Below the pieces are notes generated by a model. That model made no database searches. It saw only the letters and a list, made by a program, of their open reading frames with translations, and was not told the DNA's origin. From assembly GCA_965226055.1 (NCBI GenBank), contig CBDDCA010000005.1:96001-160000 (forward strand): a stretch of 64,000 nt of DNA. Direction: 5' to 3'. Origin of the DNA: Spirochaetia bacterium. GTDB taxonomy: Bacteria > Spirochaetota > Spirochaetia > WTKD01 > G963693115. A program made the translations under genes and the position numbers. Below are positions 29,453 to 41,000 of the stretch, in pieces; positions within the stretch are counted from its first letter, which is position 1; each line of letters opens with the position of its first letter.

Positions 29453-31141
29453 ATGGCAGAGATGACAGGAAAAAATTCTTATAGTAAAACAATGACAGAA
29501 GGAGTAGCAAGAACTCCTAATCGTGCTATGCTTCGTGCTATTGGCATGAAAGATGAAGATTTTAAGAAGCCTCTTGTGGGTATTGCAAGCGCTGGAAGTG
29601 AAGTGAGTCCTTGTAATTTTCACCTTAATGCTATATCTGAAATATCAAAAGAAACACTAAAAACATTAGGGAGCTACCCTATGCTCTTTAATACTTTTGT
29701 GGTAACTGATGGTGAAGCTATGGGACACGAAGGAATGAAAGCGTCTCTTGTTTCACGAGATACTATTGCGGACGTTATAGAGCTTGTAGTGTACGGTCAT
29801 CAAATGGATGCTGTATTAGGCGTTGGAGGATGTGATAAAACTATTCCTGGCACAGTTATGGGCATAGCTCGTATGAACAGACCTTCTGTATTTGTATACG
29901 GAGGCACTATTCGTGCTGGCATATGGCATGGCAAAAAACTCGACATTGTTTCTGCCTTTGAAGCGGTAGGAGCGTACAGTGCAGGAAAAATTACCGAAGA
30001 AGAGCGTTACGAAATAGAATGCCATGCATGTCCTGCTGCAGGTGCTTGTGGAGGAATGTACACTGCCAATACTATGGCTTCTGCTATGGAAGCAATAGGC
30101 ATAAGCATTACAGGAAGTGCCTCAGTGCCTGCAATAAGTGATGAAAGAACACATATTATGCAAGCATCTGCTGAAGCCCTTGCCATTTGTATAGAAAAAA
30201 ATATTACCCCTAACAAAATTTTAACACGAAAAGCATTTGAAAATGCTATACGTACCACAATGGCATTAGGAGGATCTACAAACGCAGTACTGCATTTACT
30301 AGCTATTGCAAACGAAATGCAAATATGCCTTGATATTGATGATTTCAATACTTTTTATGATAGCACTCCTATACTTACTAATATGAAACCAGCAGGCAAG
30401 TATGTCATGGAAGATCTCCACAGCATTGGTGGTGTACCTATCGTTATGAAAATGCTTCTTGACAAAGGGTTGCTTCATGGTGATTGTCTCACGGTAAATG
30501 GAAAAACTATTGAAGAGAATTTAAGCTCTGTCACTGTTCCTCCAGTACAAGAAGATGGGGTAGTAACATCATTTAAGAAACCTGAACGAACAAAAGGCCC
30601 TATTGCTGTATTAAAAGGCAATCTTGCTCCTGAAGGAGCAGTACTAAAAATGTGTGGGTCTCACTCAGAAATTGATCATAATGGTCCTGCGAGAGTATTT
30701 GACAGTGAAGAAACTGCATTAGATGCAATATTGAACAATCGTATTACTAAAGGAGATGTTGTAGTCATACGCTACGAAGGACCAAAAGGTGGGCCGGGCA
30801 TGAGAGAAATGCTATCTCCTACTGCTGCAATAGCAGGGGCAGGTCTCCAAAAAGATGTAGCACTCATTACTGATGGTCGTTTTTCTGGAGGGAGTCATGG
30901 CATAGTAGTAGGCCATATTGCTCCTGAAGCTCAAAGCGGAGGTGTTATTGCACTGCTTAAAGATGGAGATATTATTCGTATTCAGTCATCAAATAAAACT
31001 ATAAGCGTAGATATCTCAGAAGAAGAACTCACACAAAGAAGAAGCAATTTGCAAACTCCAAAAGAACGCTTTACAAAAGGAGTTTTTAAGAAATACTATA
31101 ATTCGGTACAATCAGCAAGTAAAGGAGCTATCACAAGCTAG
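29453..31141 (+). CDS. ilvD: Dihydroxy-acid dehydratase
   Basis: [55 protein letters not shown]. Confidence 0.94.
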   Translation: MAEMTGKNSYSKTMTEGVARTPNRAMLRAIGMKDEDFKKPLVGIASAGSEVSPCNFHLNAISEISKETLKTLGSYPMLFNTFVVTDGEAMGHEGMKASLVSRDTIADVIELVVYGHQMDAVLGVGGCDKTIPGTVMGIARMNRPSVFVYGGTIRAGIWHGKKLDIVSAFEAVGAYSAGKITEEERYEIECHACPAAGACGGMYTANTMASAMEAIGISITGSASVPAISDERTHIMQASAEALAICIEKNITPNKILTRKAFENAIRTTMALGGSTNAVLHLLAIANEMQICLDIDDFNTFYDSTPILTNMKPAGKYVMEDLHSIGGVPIVMKMLLDKGLLHGDCLTVNGKTIEENLSSVTVPPVQEDGVVTSFKKPERTKGPIAVLKGNLAPEGAVLKMCGSHSEIDHNGPARVFDSEETALDAILNNRITKGDVVVIRYEGPKGGPGMREMLSPTAAIAGAGLQKDVALITDGRFSGGSHGIVVGHIAPEAQSGGVIALLKDGDIIRIQSSNKTISVDISEEELTQRRSNLQTPKERFTKGVFKKYYNSVQSASKGAITS

Positions 31142-31202
31142 CTCCTTCTTAAAAAAAAAGTTATTGTTCCTTTTTTATTTTTACATTTACTTCTCTTACT
31201 AC

Positions 31203-31907
31203 TTATACAGAAACAGTAGTACATAGTGTACACTGTGGATGTGTATGTATAACATGAGCTGCAGGATACAGTACTGTGGTATTGGGATCAAGCACATTTT
31301 TTATCATCTCACGTTTATCTTCTCCAGGTACATAAAAAAACGCGTGCTGAAATGCAGAAAGAGCATGAAAAGTAAGCGATACTCTTACATAGCCTACATG
31401 TGCGGTATCGCTCATAAAGACATAGTGTGATGAAGAAGGTGATACATGTTCTTTTGTTTGAGGAAAGATAGATGCAGTGTGACCATCCCCTCCCATCCCA
31501 AGTAACGCTATTGCTGCAACATATTGTTGCGGAGCATCTAATAATGATACCATAGTATGTTGATACTGCTCTGCAGCATCCGATGCTTGTACTGGAATAG
31601 GAAAAAAAGTAGCTCCATAAGACAGCAATCTTTCACAGCTCTGTTGGATCATGTTTTGGTTGCTATCTTTATGAGTAGGAGATACAACCCTATCATCCAC
31701 TTGTACTAACACAAGACGTTCTGCAAAAGAAATAACAGTATCGTTATGCGATAATGCTGTAAGTAATTTTTTAGGACTATTTCCTCCTGACAGAGCAATG
31801 AGCAATTTTTTATCAGTATGCTTGTCTGCTATTACCTGTAACAGCGTAGCAATGGTATCACTACAACGAGTGTCTACTGTTTGACTATCATATGTTAAGC
31901 GTTCCAT
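31203..31907 (-). CDS. pgl: 6-phosphogluconolactonase
   Basis: ALSGGNSP, VDDRVV, DSN, LLGMGGDGHTASIFP; operonic with zwf. Confidence 0.9.
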   Translation of the reverse strand: MERLTYDSQTVDTRCSDTIATLLQVIADKHTDKKLLIALSGGNSPKKLLTALSHNDTVISFAERLVLVQVDDRVVSPTHKDSNQNMIQQSCERLLSYGATFFPIPVQASDAAEQYQHTMVSLLDAPQQYVAAIALLGMGGDGHTASIFPQTKEHVSPSSSHYVFMSDTAHVGYVRVSLTFHALSAFQHAFFYVPGEDKREMIKNVLDPNTTVLYPAAHVIHTHPQCTLCTTVSV

Positions 31908-33400
31908 TGTCGTTTATCCTTTTCAAGCAACTGCAATGCTTCAACAGGTCCTGCAGAGCCTGTAGTATAGGTATATAAAGGAATTTTTCGTCTTGATTTT
32001 TTCCATGTATGAAGAATAGAATCAGCAAAACGCCACTGCGAAAATAATTCATCACTTGACAAAAATAATGAAGCATCATTTATCATAGCACTAAACAATA
32101 TTCTATCGTAGCCATTACTATAGTCTATGTCCTTAAATGCATCTTCATAAGGAAAATTCAAATCAGTAGGAATAATTTGTAATGTATTACCGGGTATTTT
32201 TGTTTGAACATTCAAACGAATAAATGTTTCGGGCTGAATACGAAATACAAGCCTGTTAGCGTCCAAGTGTATTTTCTCATTATCAGCAGTATTACGAAAA
32301 ATATTATGAGGAACTTCCTTAAAATACACAACAAGCTCCGTACATTTCTCCTGAAGTGCTTTTCCTGAACGTATATAAATAGGCACTCCTGACCAACGCC
32401 AGTTATCGACATATGTTTTCAATGCAATAAATGTTTCTGTTTTAGAATCTTCTGGGACACCTTTTTCTTGTAAATACCCTTCATATTGAGCACGAATAAC
32501 ATTTGTTATGACTTCATTTGCATTGTTATATATACGCAAACTTGAGAGTACTTTATGCTTCTCATTGCGTACACTCTGTGCAGAAAAATCCTTTGGAGGT
32601 TCCATAAGAGCCAACGCAAGCATTTGTAATGCATGGCTCTGTACCATATCCTTTAACATACCCGAAGAATCAAAGTAGCCCGCTCTATTTTCCACACGAA
32701 TTTTCTCATTCAATGATAACTGAATATGATCAATATATCGTGAGTTCCATAAATTCTCAAATAGAGAGTTTGCAAAACGGAAAAATAAAATATTTTGTAC
32801 AGGTTCTTTGCCTAAATAATGATCTATAGAATATATTTGAGCTGGATCAAATATATTTGTAATAAAACGATTAAGTTTGACAGCAGAGATATAATCTTCA
32901 CCAAAAGGTTTTTCAAGAACAATTCTTGTATAGGGTTGTTGTCCAATTTTAGTATGAGCAAACTCCTTTCCTCCTGAATTTTTAGTAATAAGTGAAGATT
33001 CTTTTAAGGCTTTGCTTACATTTCTAAACTCTCCCGGAGGCAAGGATAGATAAAAAATACGATTAAGAGATTGATTTGGAACAACCGATAATATATTTTT
33101 TATCTCAGGACATACTGCGTACTGTCCTGAAACATAATGTACAATATCAAGAAATTGAGCATCGTATTTTTTTGTCTTACATAGTTCTTCTTTGTAGCTT
33201 TCTGTTGTAAATTTAGTGCGTCCATAACAAATAATATGAATAGGATCTGGCAATAAACGCGAAACATACAAAGCATGTAACGAAGGAAGCAATTTTTTCT
33301 TAGCGAGATCCCCTGAAGCCCCAAAAATGATAAGACTTACTCCTTTATGAGGACTGACCTGTTCATCAAAATTAGCAACTAAATGTGTATCGGTTGACAT
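31895..33400 (-). CDS. zwf: Glucose-6-phosphate 1-dehydrogenase
   Basis: IFGASGDLAKKKL, EKPFG, IDHYLGKE, DMVQSH, WRWSGVPIYIRSGK. Confidence 0.96.
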   Translation of the reverse strand: MSTDTHLVANFDEQVSPHKGVSLIIFGASGDLAKKKLLPSLHALYVSRLLPDPIHIICYGRTKFTTESYKEELCKTKKYDAQFLDIVHYVSGQYAVCPEIKNILSVVPNQSLNRIFYLSLPPGEFRNVSKALKESSLITKNSGGKEFAHTKIGQQPYTRIVLEKPFGEDYISAVKLNRFITNIFDPAQIYSIDHYLGKEPVQNILFFRFANSLFENLWNSRYIDHIQLSLNEKIRVENRAGYFDSSGMLKDMVQSHALQMLALALMEPPKDFSAQSVRNEKHKVLSSLRIYNNANEVITNVIRAQYEGYLQEKGVPEDSKTETFIALKTYVDNWRWSGVPIYIRSGKALQEKCTELVVYFKEVPHNIFRNTADNEKIHLDANRLVFRIQPETFIRLNVQTKIPGNTLQIIPTDLNFPYEDAFKDIDYSNGYDRILFSAMINDASLFLSSDELFSQWRFADSILHTWKKSRRKIPLYTYTTGSAGPVEALQLLEKDKRQWNA

Positions 33401-33420
33401 GTTTTTCTTACTCCACTACC

Positions 33421-34827
33421 CTACAAGGATTCCCACTCAGTATGAAAATCTCCTTCCTTATCAATTCTCTTATATGTGTGTGCGCCAAAAAAATCTCGCT
33501 GTGCTTGAATAAGGTTTGCTGGCAAATGCTTTGTTCGTAAACCTTCTAAATACCATAAGGACGTTCCTAGTGCAGTTGCTGGCAATGCATTTTCAACACA
33601 AAGAGCAAGCACCTTTCTTACATGTGCAAGATTATCGCGCACCCGTGTTAAGAAAAAATTATCCTGTAACAGAGTAATTACATTTTTGTCTTTTAATGCA
33701 CGAGACATTTCATCAAGCATAGTTGAACGGATAATACATCCATTACGCCAAATTTCTGCAATAGCAGAGTAGTTTAAGCCAAAATTATATTCTTCATCTG
33801 CTTGACGTAGCATATAAAATCCTTGTGCATATGCAAGAATTTTTCCAGCCAGCAATGTCTTTTCTAAAAGTGAAAAAATTTCTTCTTTTGATGGAATAGG
33901 AACTTGTACTGTTTCTTCCTTGAATAAGGCACTAACAATATCACGTAATTCTCGACTACTAGAAATATAGCGACTATCAAGAGCAGCAGAAATAGCAGGA
34001 AGCGGTGCTCCTAAACGTGCGGCTTCTTGAATTGTCCACATTCCTGTCCCTTTCCCTTTTGCTTCATCTTTTATTTTATCTACTAATATATCCCCTGTTT
34101 CTTCATCTTTTACCGTAAGAATTTTTCGTGTAATATCAATAAGGTAAGAATTTAAGTCAGTAGTACTAAAATAATCAAATAGCTCTACTTGTTCTTGCGG
34201 AGTAAACTTAAAGACATGCTTTGCTATGTCATATATTTCAGCAATAAGTTGCATATCAGCATATTCAATGCCATTATGTACCATCTTTACAAAATGTCCT
34301 GCTCCCCCTGTTCCCATAAAATCTACACATGGAGCTGGATCTTGAGCTGCTACTTTTAATAAATACGGAGCAAGCTCATCATATACTTCTTTTGCTCCAC
34401 CAGGCATAAGAGATGGTCCTTCAAGAGCTCCTCTTTCTCCCCCAGATACTCCCATCCCTAGAAATCGAATATTTTTTTTCTTAAGTTCAGCTTCACGTCT
34501 GATACTGTCACTAAAAAATGAATTTCCTCCATCAATAATAATGTCATCATTTTCAAGGTACGGTACTATATTCTCAATCATAGCGTCTACAGCAGTACCT
34601 GCTTGTACAAGTAAAATAATTTTTCTAGGACGCTCTATTAACTGAACAAATTCCTCCATCGTCTTTCCACCAAAAATTGGTTTTTCTGAATTTTCCGCAA
34701 CAAATTTTTCCATCTTTGATGTGGTTCTATTGAACACTGCTATTGGGATACCTTTGTTGGCAAAGTTTAATACAAGATTTTGCCCCATGACCGCTAACCC
34801 AATAAGTCCTATTTTCGCTTGTGACAT
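33421..34827 (-). CDS. gnd: 6-phosphogluconate dehydrogenase (decarboxylating)
   Basis: GLAVMGQNL, IDGGNS, GVSGGE, VKMVHNGIEY, KGTG, QAQRDFFGAHTY. Confidence 0.97.
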   Translation of the reverse strand: MSQAKIGLIGLAVMGQNLVLNFANKGIPIAVFNRTTSKMEKFVAENSEKPIFGGKTMEEFVQLIERPRKIILLVQAGTAVDAMIENIVPYLENDDIIIDGGNSFFSDSIRREAELKKKNIRFLGMGVSGGERGALEGPSLMPGGAKEVYDELAPYLLKVAAQDPAPCVDFMGTGGAGHFVKMVHNGIEYADMQLIAEIYDIAKHVFKFTPQEQVELFDYFSTTDLNSYLIDITRKILTVKDEETGDILVDKIKDEAKGKGTGMWTIQEAARLGAPLPAISAALDSRYISSSRELRDIVSALFKEETVQVPIPSKEEIFSLLEKTLLAGKILAYAQGFYMLRQADEEYNFGLNYSAIAEIWRNGCIIRSTMLDEMSRALKDKNVITLLQDNFFLTRVRDNLAHVRKVLALCVENALPATALGTSLWYLEGLRTKHLPANLIQAQRDFFGAHTYKRIDKEGDFHTEWESL

Positions 34828-34978
34828 ACATACTCCTTATATAATTATATTTCTCAATAAATATAGTATACCATGAATATACAGTATCCTTCAAGTGTAG
34901 TTTTGAAATTTTAGAAATTTTACGGAATACTGATTTTACCAAAAGAGATCATACGAAATGGTAAAAGTACATTTTTTA

Positions 34979-35012
34979 AGGAGCTATTATCTCACATAAG
35001 ACAATAGCTCCT
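34979..35012 (-). terminator. Stem-loop 3' of the second giant lipoprotein gene
   Basis: 14-bp stem AGGAGCTATTGTCT / AGATAATAGCTCCT on the minus strand (one G-U pair), 6-nt loop; lacks a clear U-tract. Confidence 0.5.
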
Positions 35013-35037
35013 CCATATCCAAGAGTATACTTATGCT

Positions 35038-38000
35038 CTATTTAGAAGATGGTCCTGTATAGGTTCCTCCTGCCCAATCTGGTGTCTTATGTCTTATAGC
35101 AGTACCAGCAAATGCATTTGTCGCATTAACCTTTTTTGATCCAAAATGATCTTTCCATTCATAGAGATCTCTATCAAATGCTGTTGCACCAGCAAACATC
35201 TCAAACATATTAGTAAGACTGCTGACATCCCACCCTGCTATATTCCTATTAAACGCATGATTGTCATAAAACATACCTTTCATATTTTCAACTTTACTTA
35301 CATTCCAGCCTGATATATTCGCACTAAATGGCCGATAGTACAACCCATAGGATGAAAACATATATGCCATATTCGTAACATTACTTACATCCCAGCCTCC
35401 TATACGACTATTAAAACCATCTGTGTTTGAAAACATATAGCTCATATCTGTCACTTTCCCTACCTTCCAGTCTTTTATATCTCCCCTAAATGATGAACCA
35501 TGAAACATATCTCCCATATCGGTAACATTACTCACATTCCACCTTGATATATCTCCATTAAATTTCGATCCACGAAACATATCTCGCATAGTGGTAACAT
35601 TACTTACATCCCAATTTGATATATCCTTATTAAAACTCGAACTATAAAACAGACCTTTCATACTTGTCACATTCCCTACCTTCCAGTCTGATATATCTCC
35701 ATTAAATCTTGAATTACGAAACATACCATACATAAATTTCACATTATCTACCTTCCATTTCGATATATTCCCCTTAAATGATGTATTAAGAAACATATTA
35801 CTCATATCGGTAACATTACTCACATCCCACCCCGATATATCTCCCTTAAATGATGATGTATGAAACATACCTCCCATATCGGTAACATTACTCACATTCC
35901 AACCTGATATATCCCCATTAAATTTCGATTTATAAAACATACCTCTCATATTTGTCACTTTATCTACCTTCCAACCCGATATATCTCCGTTAAATGACGA
36001 TGTACTAAACATACTTTCCATATCTTCTACTTTATCTACCTTCCAGCCCGATATATCTCCGTTAAATGATGTATCAAGAAACATATTACTCATATCGGTA
36101 ACATTACTCACATTCCACCTTGATATATCTCCAGTAAATTTCGATGCCTGAAACATTTCTTTCATGGTTGTAACATTACTCACATCCCACCTTGCTATAT
36201 TCCCATTAAAATTCCTCAAAAAAGGATCATTAAATACCTTACTCATATCCCTAATATTTCCTGTGTATATGACATTCAAATCTGCTCTATTATTAGTAGA
36301 TATCATCTGCCTTATTGCTTTTATCAATTCTGCTTTATTCGTAGGTTGATATTGATATGTCCAGCTTGGTATTTTATCATTAGGTATCTTAGTCTTATCA
36401 AATATCCCTGGTATGTTTATTTTCCTTCCTGCTACATGCTCTCCCCATGATTCCAAATCTTGATTAAACTCTGTTGCTCCGTTAAACATATATTCCATAG
36501 TAGTTACTGTATCAACTGCCCAGCCCGATATATCTTGATTAAAGGCAGTTGCCTTGTAAAACATATAATCCGTATCGGTAACTTTCTTTACATTCCACCT
36601 TGATATATCTCCATTAAATTGCGCATAGGCAAACATAAAGTACATAGTAGTAACATTACCGACATCCCAACCCGATATATCTTTAGTAAATGGCGAATCA
36701 TAAAACATTGCTTCCATATCAGTAACATTACTTACATCCCATTTCGATATATCCCCATTAAATTGCGATTTATAAAACATATGTTTCATATTACCAACAC
36801 TACTTACATCCCAATCTGATATATCCCCATTAAATTGCGATTCACGGAACATCCAATACATCTGTTCTACATCACTTACATCCCAGCTTGATATATCTCC
36901 AGTAAACTGCGATTTATAAAACATACCTTGCATATAGCTCACATTGCTTACATCCCAGCTTGATATATCTCCAGTAAATTGACTCTCCTTAAACAAATTT
37001 CGCATATTGACAACATTACTTACATCCCAGCCCGATATATCCCCATTAAAACTTTTCAAAGCACTGTCATAAAATACCTCACGCATATCTGTTATGTATC
37101 CTGTATATATTCCATTCAAGTCTGCTGTGTTCCCATCAGGGTTACCATCCCCATCAGCATCTGCTGCCATCACTGTTTTTATATTTGCTATCAAAGCATT
37201 CTTTGTTTTTGGGTAATATGTATATGTACCACTACCGTCATGTATGTGTATGGTAAACTCTTTTGTACGCCTTTTTCCTGCATAATCACCAGTCCCTGTA
37301 AACACAATTATATATTTTCTCAGTGCAAGTGCTTTTGTAGGACTTCCGCTTATCAATCCACTAGCTCCACTTCCTCCACTAAATGTCAAGCCTGTGTCTG
37401 CAGTAAAGGTACTTGGCAGTATACTATAGTCCCCTGTCGCATTAAATGTACTCACTCCAGTATTAGTCAATGGAATACTAATGTTCTGTTGCCCTTTTAC
37501 CATAGTAAATAATGAAGCAACATTGCCTCCATATGTCTGTGATATGCTATATATCCAGCTTGGTATATTTTCATCAGAAACATTAGCATCGGTAAATATA
37601 TTTCCCTTATCCACTGTTCTTCCTGCTATATGCTCTCCCCATGCTTCTAAATCTTGATCAAACGCTGTTGTTTTGCGAAACATATTTTTTATAGTAGTTA
37701 CACTATCAACTGCCCACCCTGCTATATCTCCATTAAATTGCGAAAACCAAAACATGCCATACATATTCCTCACATTACTTACCTTCCACCTTGATATATC
37801 TCCAGTAAATTGCGACTTATAAAACATTGTGTCCATATCGATAACATTACTTACATCCCATTCCGATATATCTCCATTAAATGGCGTACCCCAAAACATA
37901 TGTCTCATATTACCAACACTACTTACATCCCATTCTGATATGTCTCCAGTAAATGGCGTTTCATAAAACATTGCTTCCATATCAGTAACATTACTTACAT

Positions 38001-41000
38001 CCCATTTCGATATATCCCCATTAAATGGCGTTCTATAAAACATATAGCGCATAATAGTAACATTACTTACATCCCAACCCGATATATCCCCATTAAATTT
38101 TGATTGATAAAACATTGTTCGCATAGTGGTAACATTACTTACATCCCAATTTGATATATCTCCATTAAATGACGAATCATAAAACATAGATCGCATGGTT
38201 GTAACATTACTTACATCCCATTTCGATATATCCCCATTAAAACTTGTTAAGTCATCACTAAATAACTCACGCATATCTGTAATATTCCCCGTGTAGATGA
38301 CATTCAAATCGGCACTGTTATCATTAGGACTCCCATCATCATTAGTATCCATCACATCCTTTATCGCTGCTATCAACTCCGCTTTATTGGTAGGAGAGTA
38401 ACTATACTTTCCTGCTGCTACTGTCATGATAAATGGTATCTCATAGCTTTTGCTTGCATAGTCTCCTGTTCCACTAAAGAGCAGTGTATAGCTTTTTGTA
38501 CTTTGTACTTTTGTTGGACTCCCACTTATCGCTCCTGTACTTGCATCTAAGCTAAGCCCTATATCTGTTATGCTCGGAGAGATAGTATAACTCCCCACTG
38601 CCGTAGTAGGCAATTTCTTACTTACTGTTATTGCACCATCTGCTTCTATGGCTTTGCCTACAAACCCACTTATAGTACTGCTTTCGGTTCCTCCAACTGT
38701 AAGCACAAAATCGTAGAGCCATGTAGGTATGTTTTTATCAGAGAGTATCACTCCACTATTATCTGCGGTATTGAATATTTTATCAGTATTTACTGTTCTT
38801 TCTGCTATATGCTCTCCCCATGCTTCTAAATCCTTATCAAAGGCTGTTGCCCCTTGAAACATTGACTCCATAGTAGTCACAACATCAACTGCCCAGCTTG
38901 ATATATCTTGATTAAATGCTCCTGTTTCACTAAACATCTGTTTCATAGTAGCTACCTTGCTTACATTCCAATAGGATATGTCCTTATCAAATGCTGTGTT
39001 CTTATAAAACATTAATTCCATATCTGCAACATTTCGAACATCCCATAGGGTTATATCATTGTTATACGCTGTTTCTCGAAACATCTCGTTCATAGTTGTG
39101 ACATTCCTTACATCCCAGCCTGATATATCCCCTGCATATGACGACTTCTTAAACATATCATTCATATCTGTTATGTTCCCTACATCCCAACTTGTTATGT
39201 CTCCATTTTCTCCTGTAAACTTCGATTCTTCAAACATACTGTCCATCGTAGTTACATTACTGACATCCCAGCCCGATATATCCCCATTAAAATTTCTCAA
39301 GGCACTCTCATTAAATATCCCACTCATATCTGTTATATACCCTGTATATATGACATTCAAGTCTGCTGTATTCCCATCAGGGTTACCATCTCCATCAGCA
39401 TCTGCTGCCATCACCGTTTTTATATCTGCTATCAAAGCTGCATTTGTTTTAGGGGTATAAGTATAAGCACTCACATCCTGTATCGTGAGAGTGAGAGGGG
39501 TACTTTTTTTCCTGCCAACATACCCTCCATTTCCTGTAAATGTTATGGTATACTCTTTTGTAGCCAATGCTACCGTAGGAGAACCACTTATCTCTCCAGT
39601 TGCTGTATCAAATATCAACCCTGTATCTGTAGTAAATGTAGTGGGTACTACACTATAAGTTCCTGTTGCTGCTTTTGGTGTTTTGTCAATAGACAGAACA
39701 ATATTTTTATCACTCGTAGTGAACACTTTCTTATTTACTGTAACGCCTGTATCTTTGTACACAAGAGTATATACCCATGATGGAATTTTTTCATCAGGCA
39801 AATGAGAAAATATGCCTGTTATATCCAGTGGTTTTCCTGATTCTGTTATCTCTGGTATATGCTCTCCCCATGCTTCTAAATCTTGATCAAACGATTTTGC
39901 ACTATTAAACATCTCCTCCATAGTAGTGACTTTCTCAACATTCCACCCTGATATATTTTGATTAAAAGATTTTGCTGATGCAAACATTTTCTTCATCCGT
40001 GTAACATCACGCACATCCCACTTTGATACATCTCCATTAAATGGCGAAGCATAAAACATATATCCCATATCGGTAACATTACTTACATCCCAATCCGATA
40101 TATCTCCATTAAATTGCGAAAGCCAAAACATGCCATACATATCCCTCACATTACTTACCTTCCACCTTGATATATCTCCAGTAAATTGCGATTCATTAAA
40201 CATACCATTCATAGCTATTACATTACTTACATCCCAATCCGATATATCTCCAGTAAATGGCGAACCCCAAAACATAAATCTCATATCACTAACACTACTT
40301 ACATCCCAGCCCGATATATCTCCATTAAATTGCGAATTCATAAACATTGATTCCATAATGGCAACATTACTTACCTTCCACCTTGATATATCTCCAGTAA
40401 ATTGCGAGCCACGAAACATATTACTCATACTTGTTACTTTGCTTACCTTCCAGTTTGATATATTGCCATTAAATGATGTACCAAAAAACATATATTTCAT
40501 AGTAGTTACATTACTTACATCCCAACCCGATATATCCCCATTAAATTGCGATTTATAAAACATGGCGTACATGTTTGTAACATTACTTACATCCCAACCC
40601 GATATATCCCCATTAAAACTTCTCAAGACACTGCCATGAAAAACAGCACTCATATCTGTAATATTCCCTGTATAGATGATATTCAAGTCTGCTTTATTAT
40701 CATCTGGCGTCCCATCACCGTTTATATCCATTACCTTTTTTATTGCTGCTATCAATTCTGTTTTGTTATTAGGGAAATATGCATATTTCCCTTGATTTGC
40801 CTTTACTTCTAATGAAAATGGGATAACAAGACTCTTGCCTTGAAACTTAGCGTCTCCAGTAAAAGTAATTGTATATGCTTTTTTTGCTACTTCTTGTGTT
40901 GCTATTCCTTTTATTATTCCCTTTTGTGCATCAAATGATAATCCTGTATCTGCGGTAAATGTATTAGGTGCTATACTATATTGTCCTGTCGCATGTGATG

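Noticed and set aside
29453-31141. IlvD/Edd-family gene next to zwf-pgl as Entner-Doudoroff dehydratase (edd)
   Set aside because: It is co-oriented with leuCD, convergent to pgl, has IlvD-type motifs and length, and no eda is present
31122-35012. Similar AAGGAGCTA...TAGCTCCT hairpins at 31122-31147 and 34978-35012 bracketing gnd-zwf-pgl as mobile-element ends
   Set aside because: The first overlaps the conserved IlvD C-terminus (KGAITS-stop) and the arms are short; independent terminator-like hairpins are a simpler explanation
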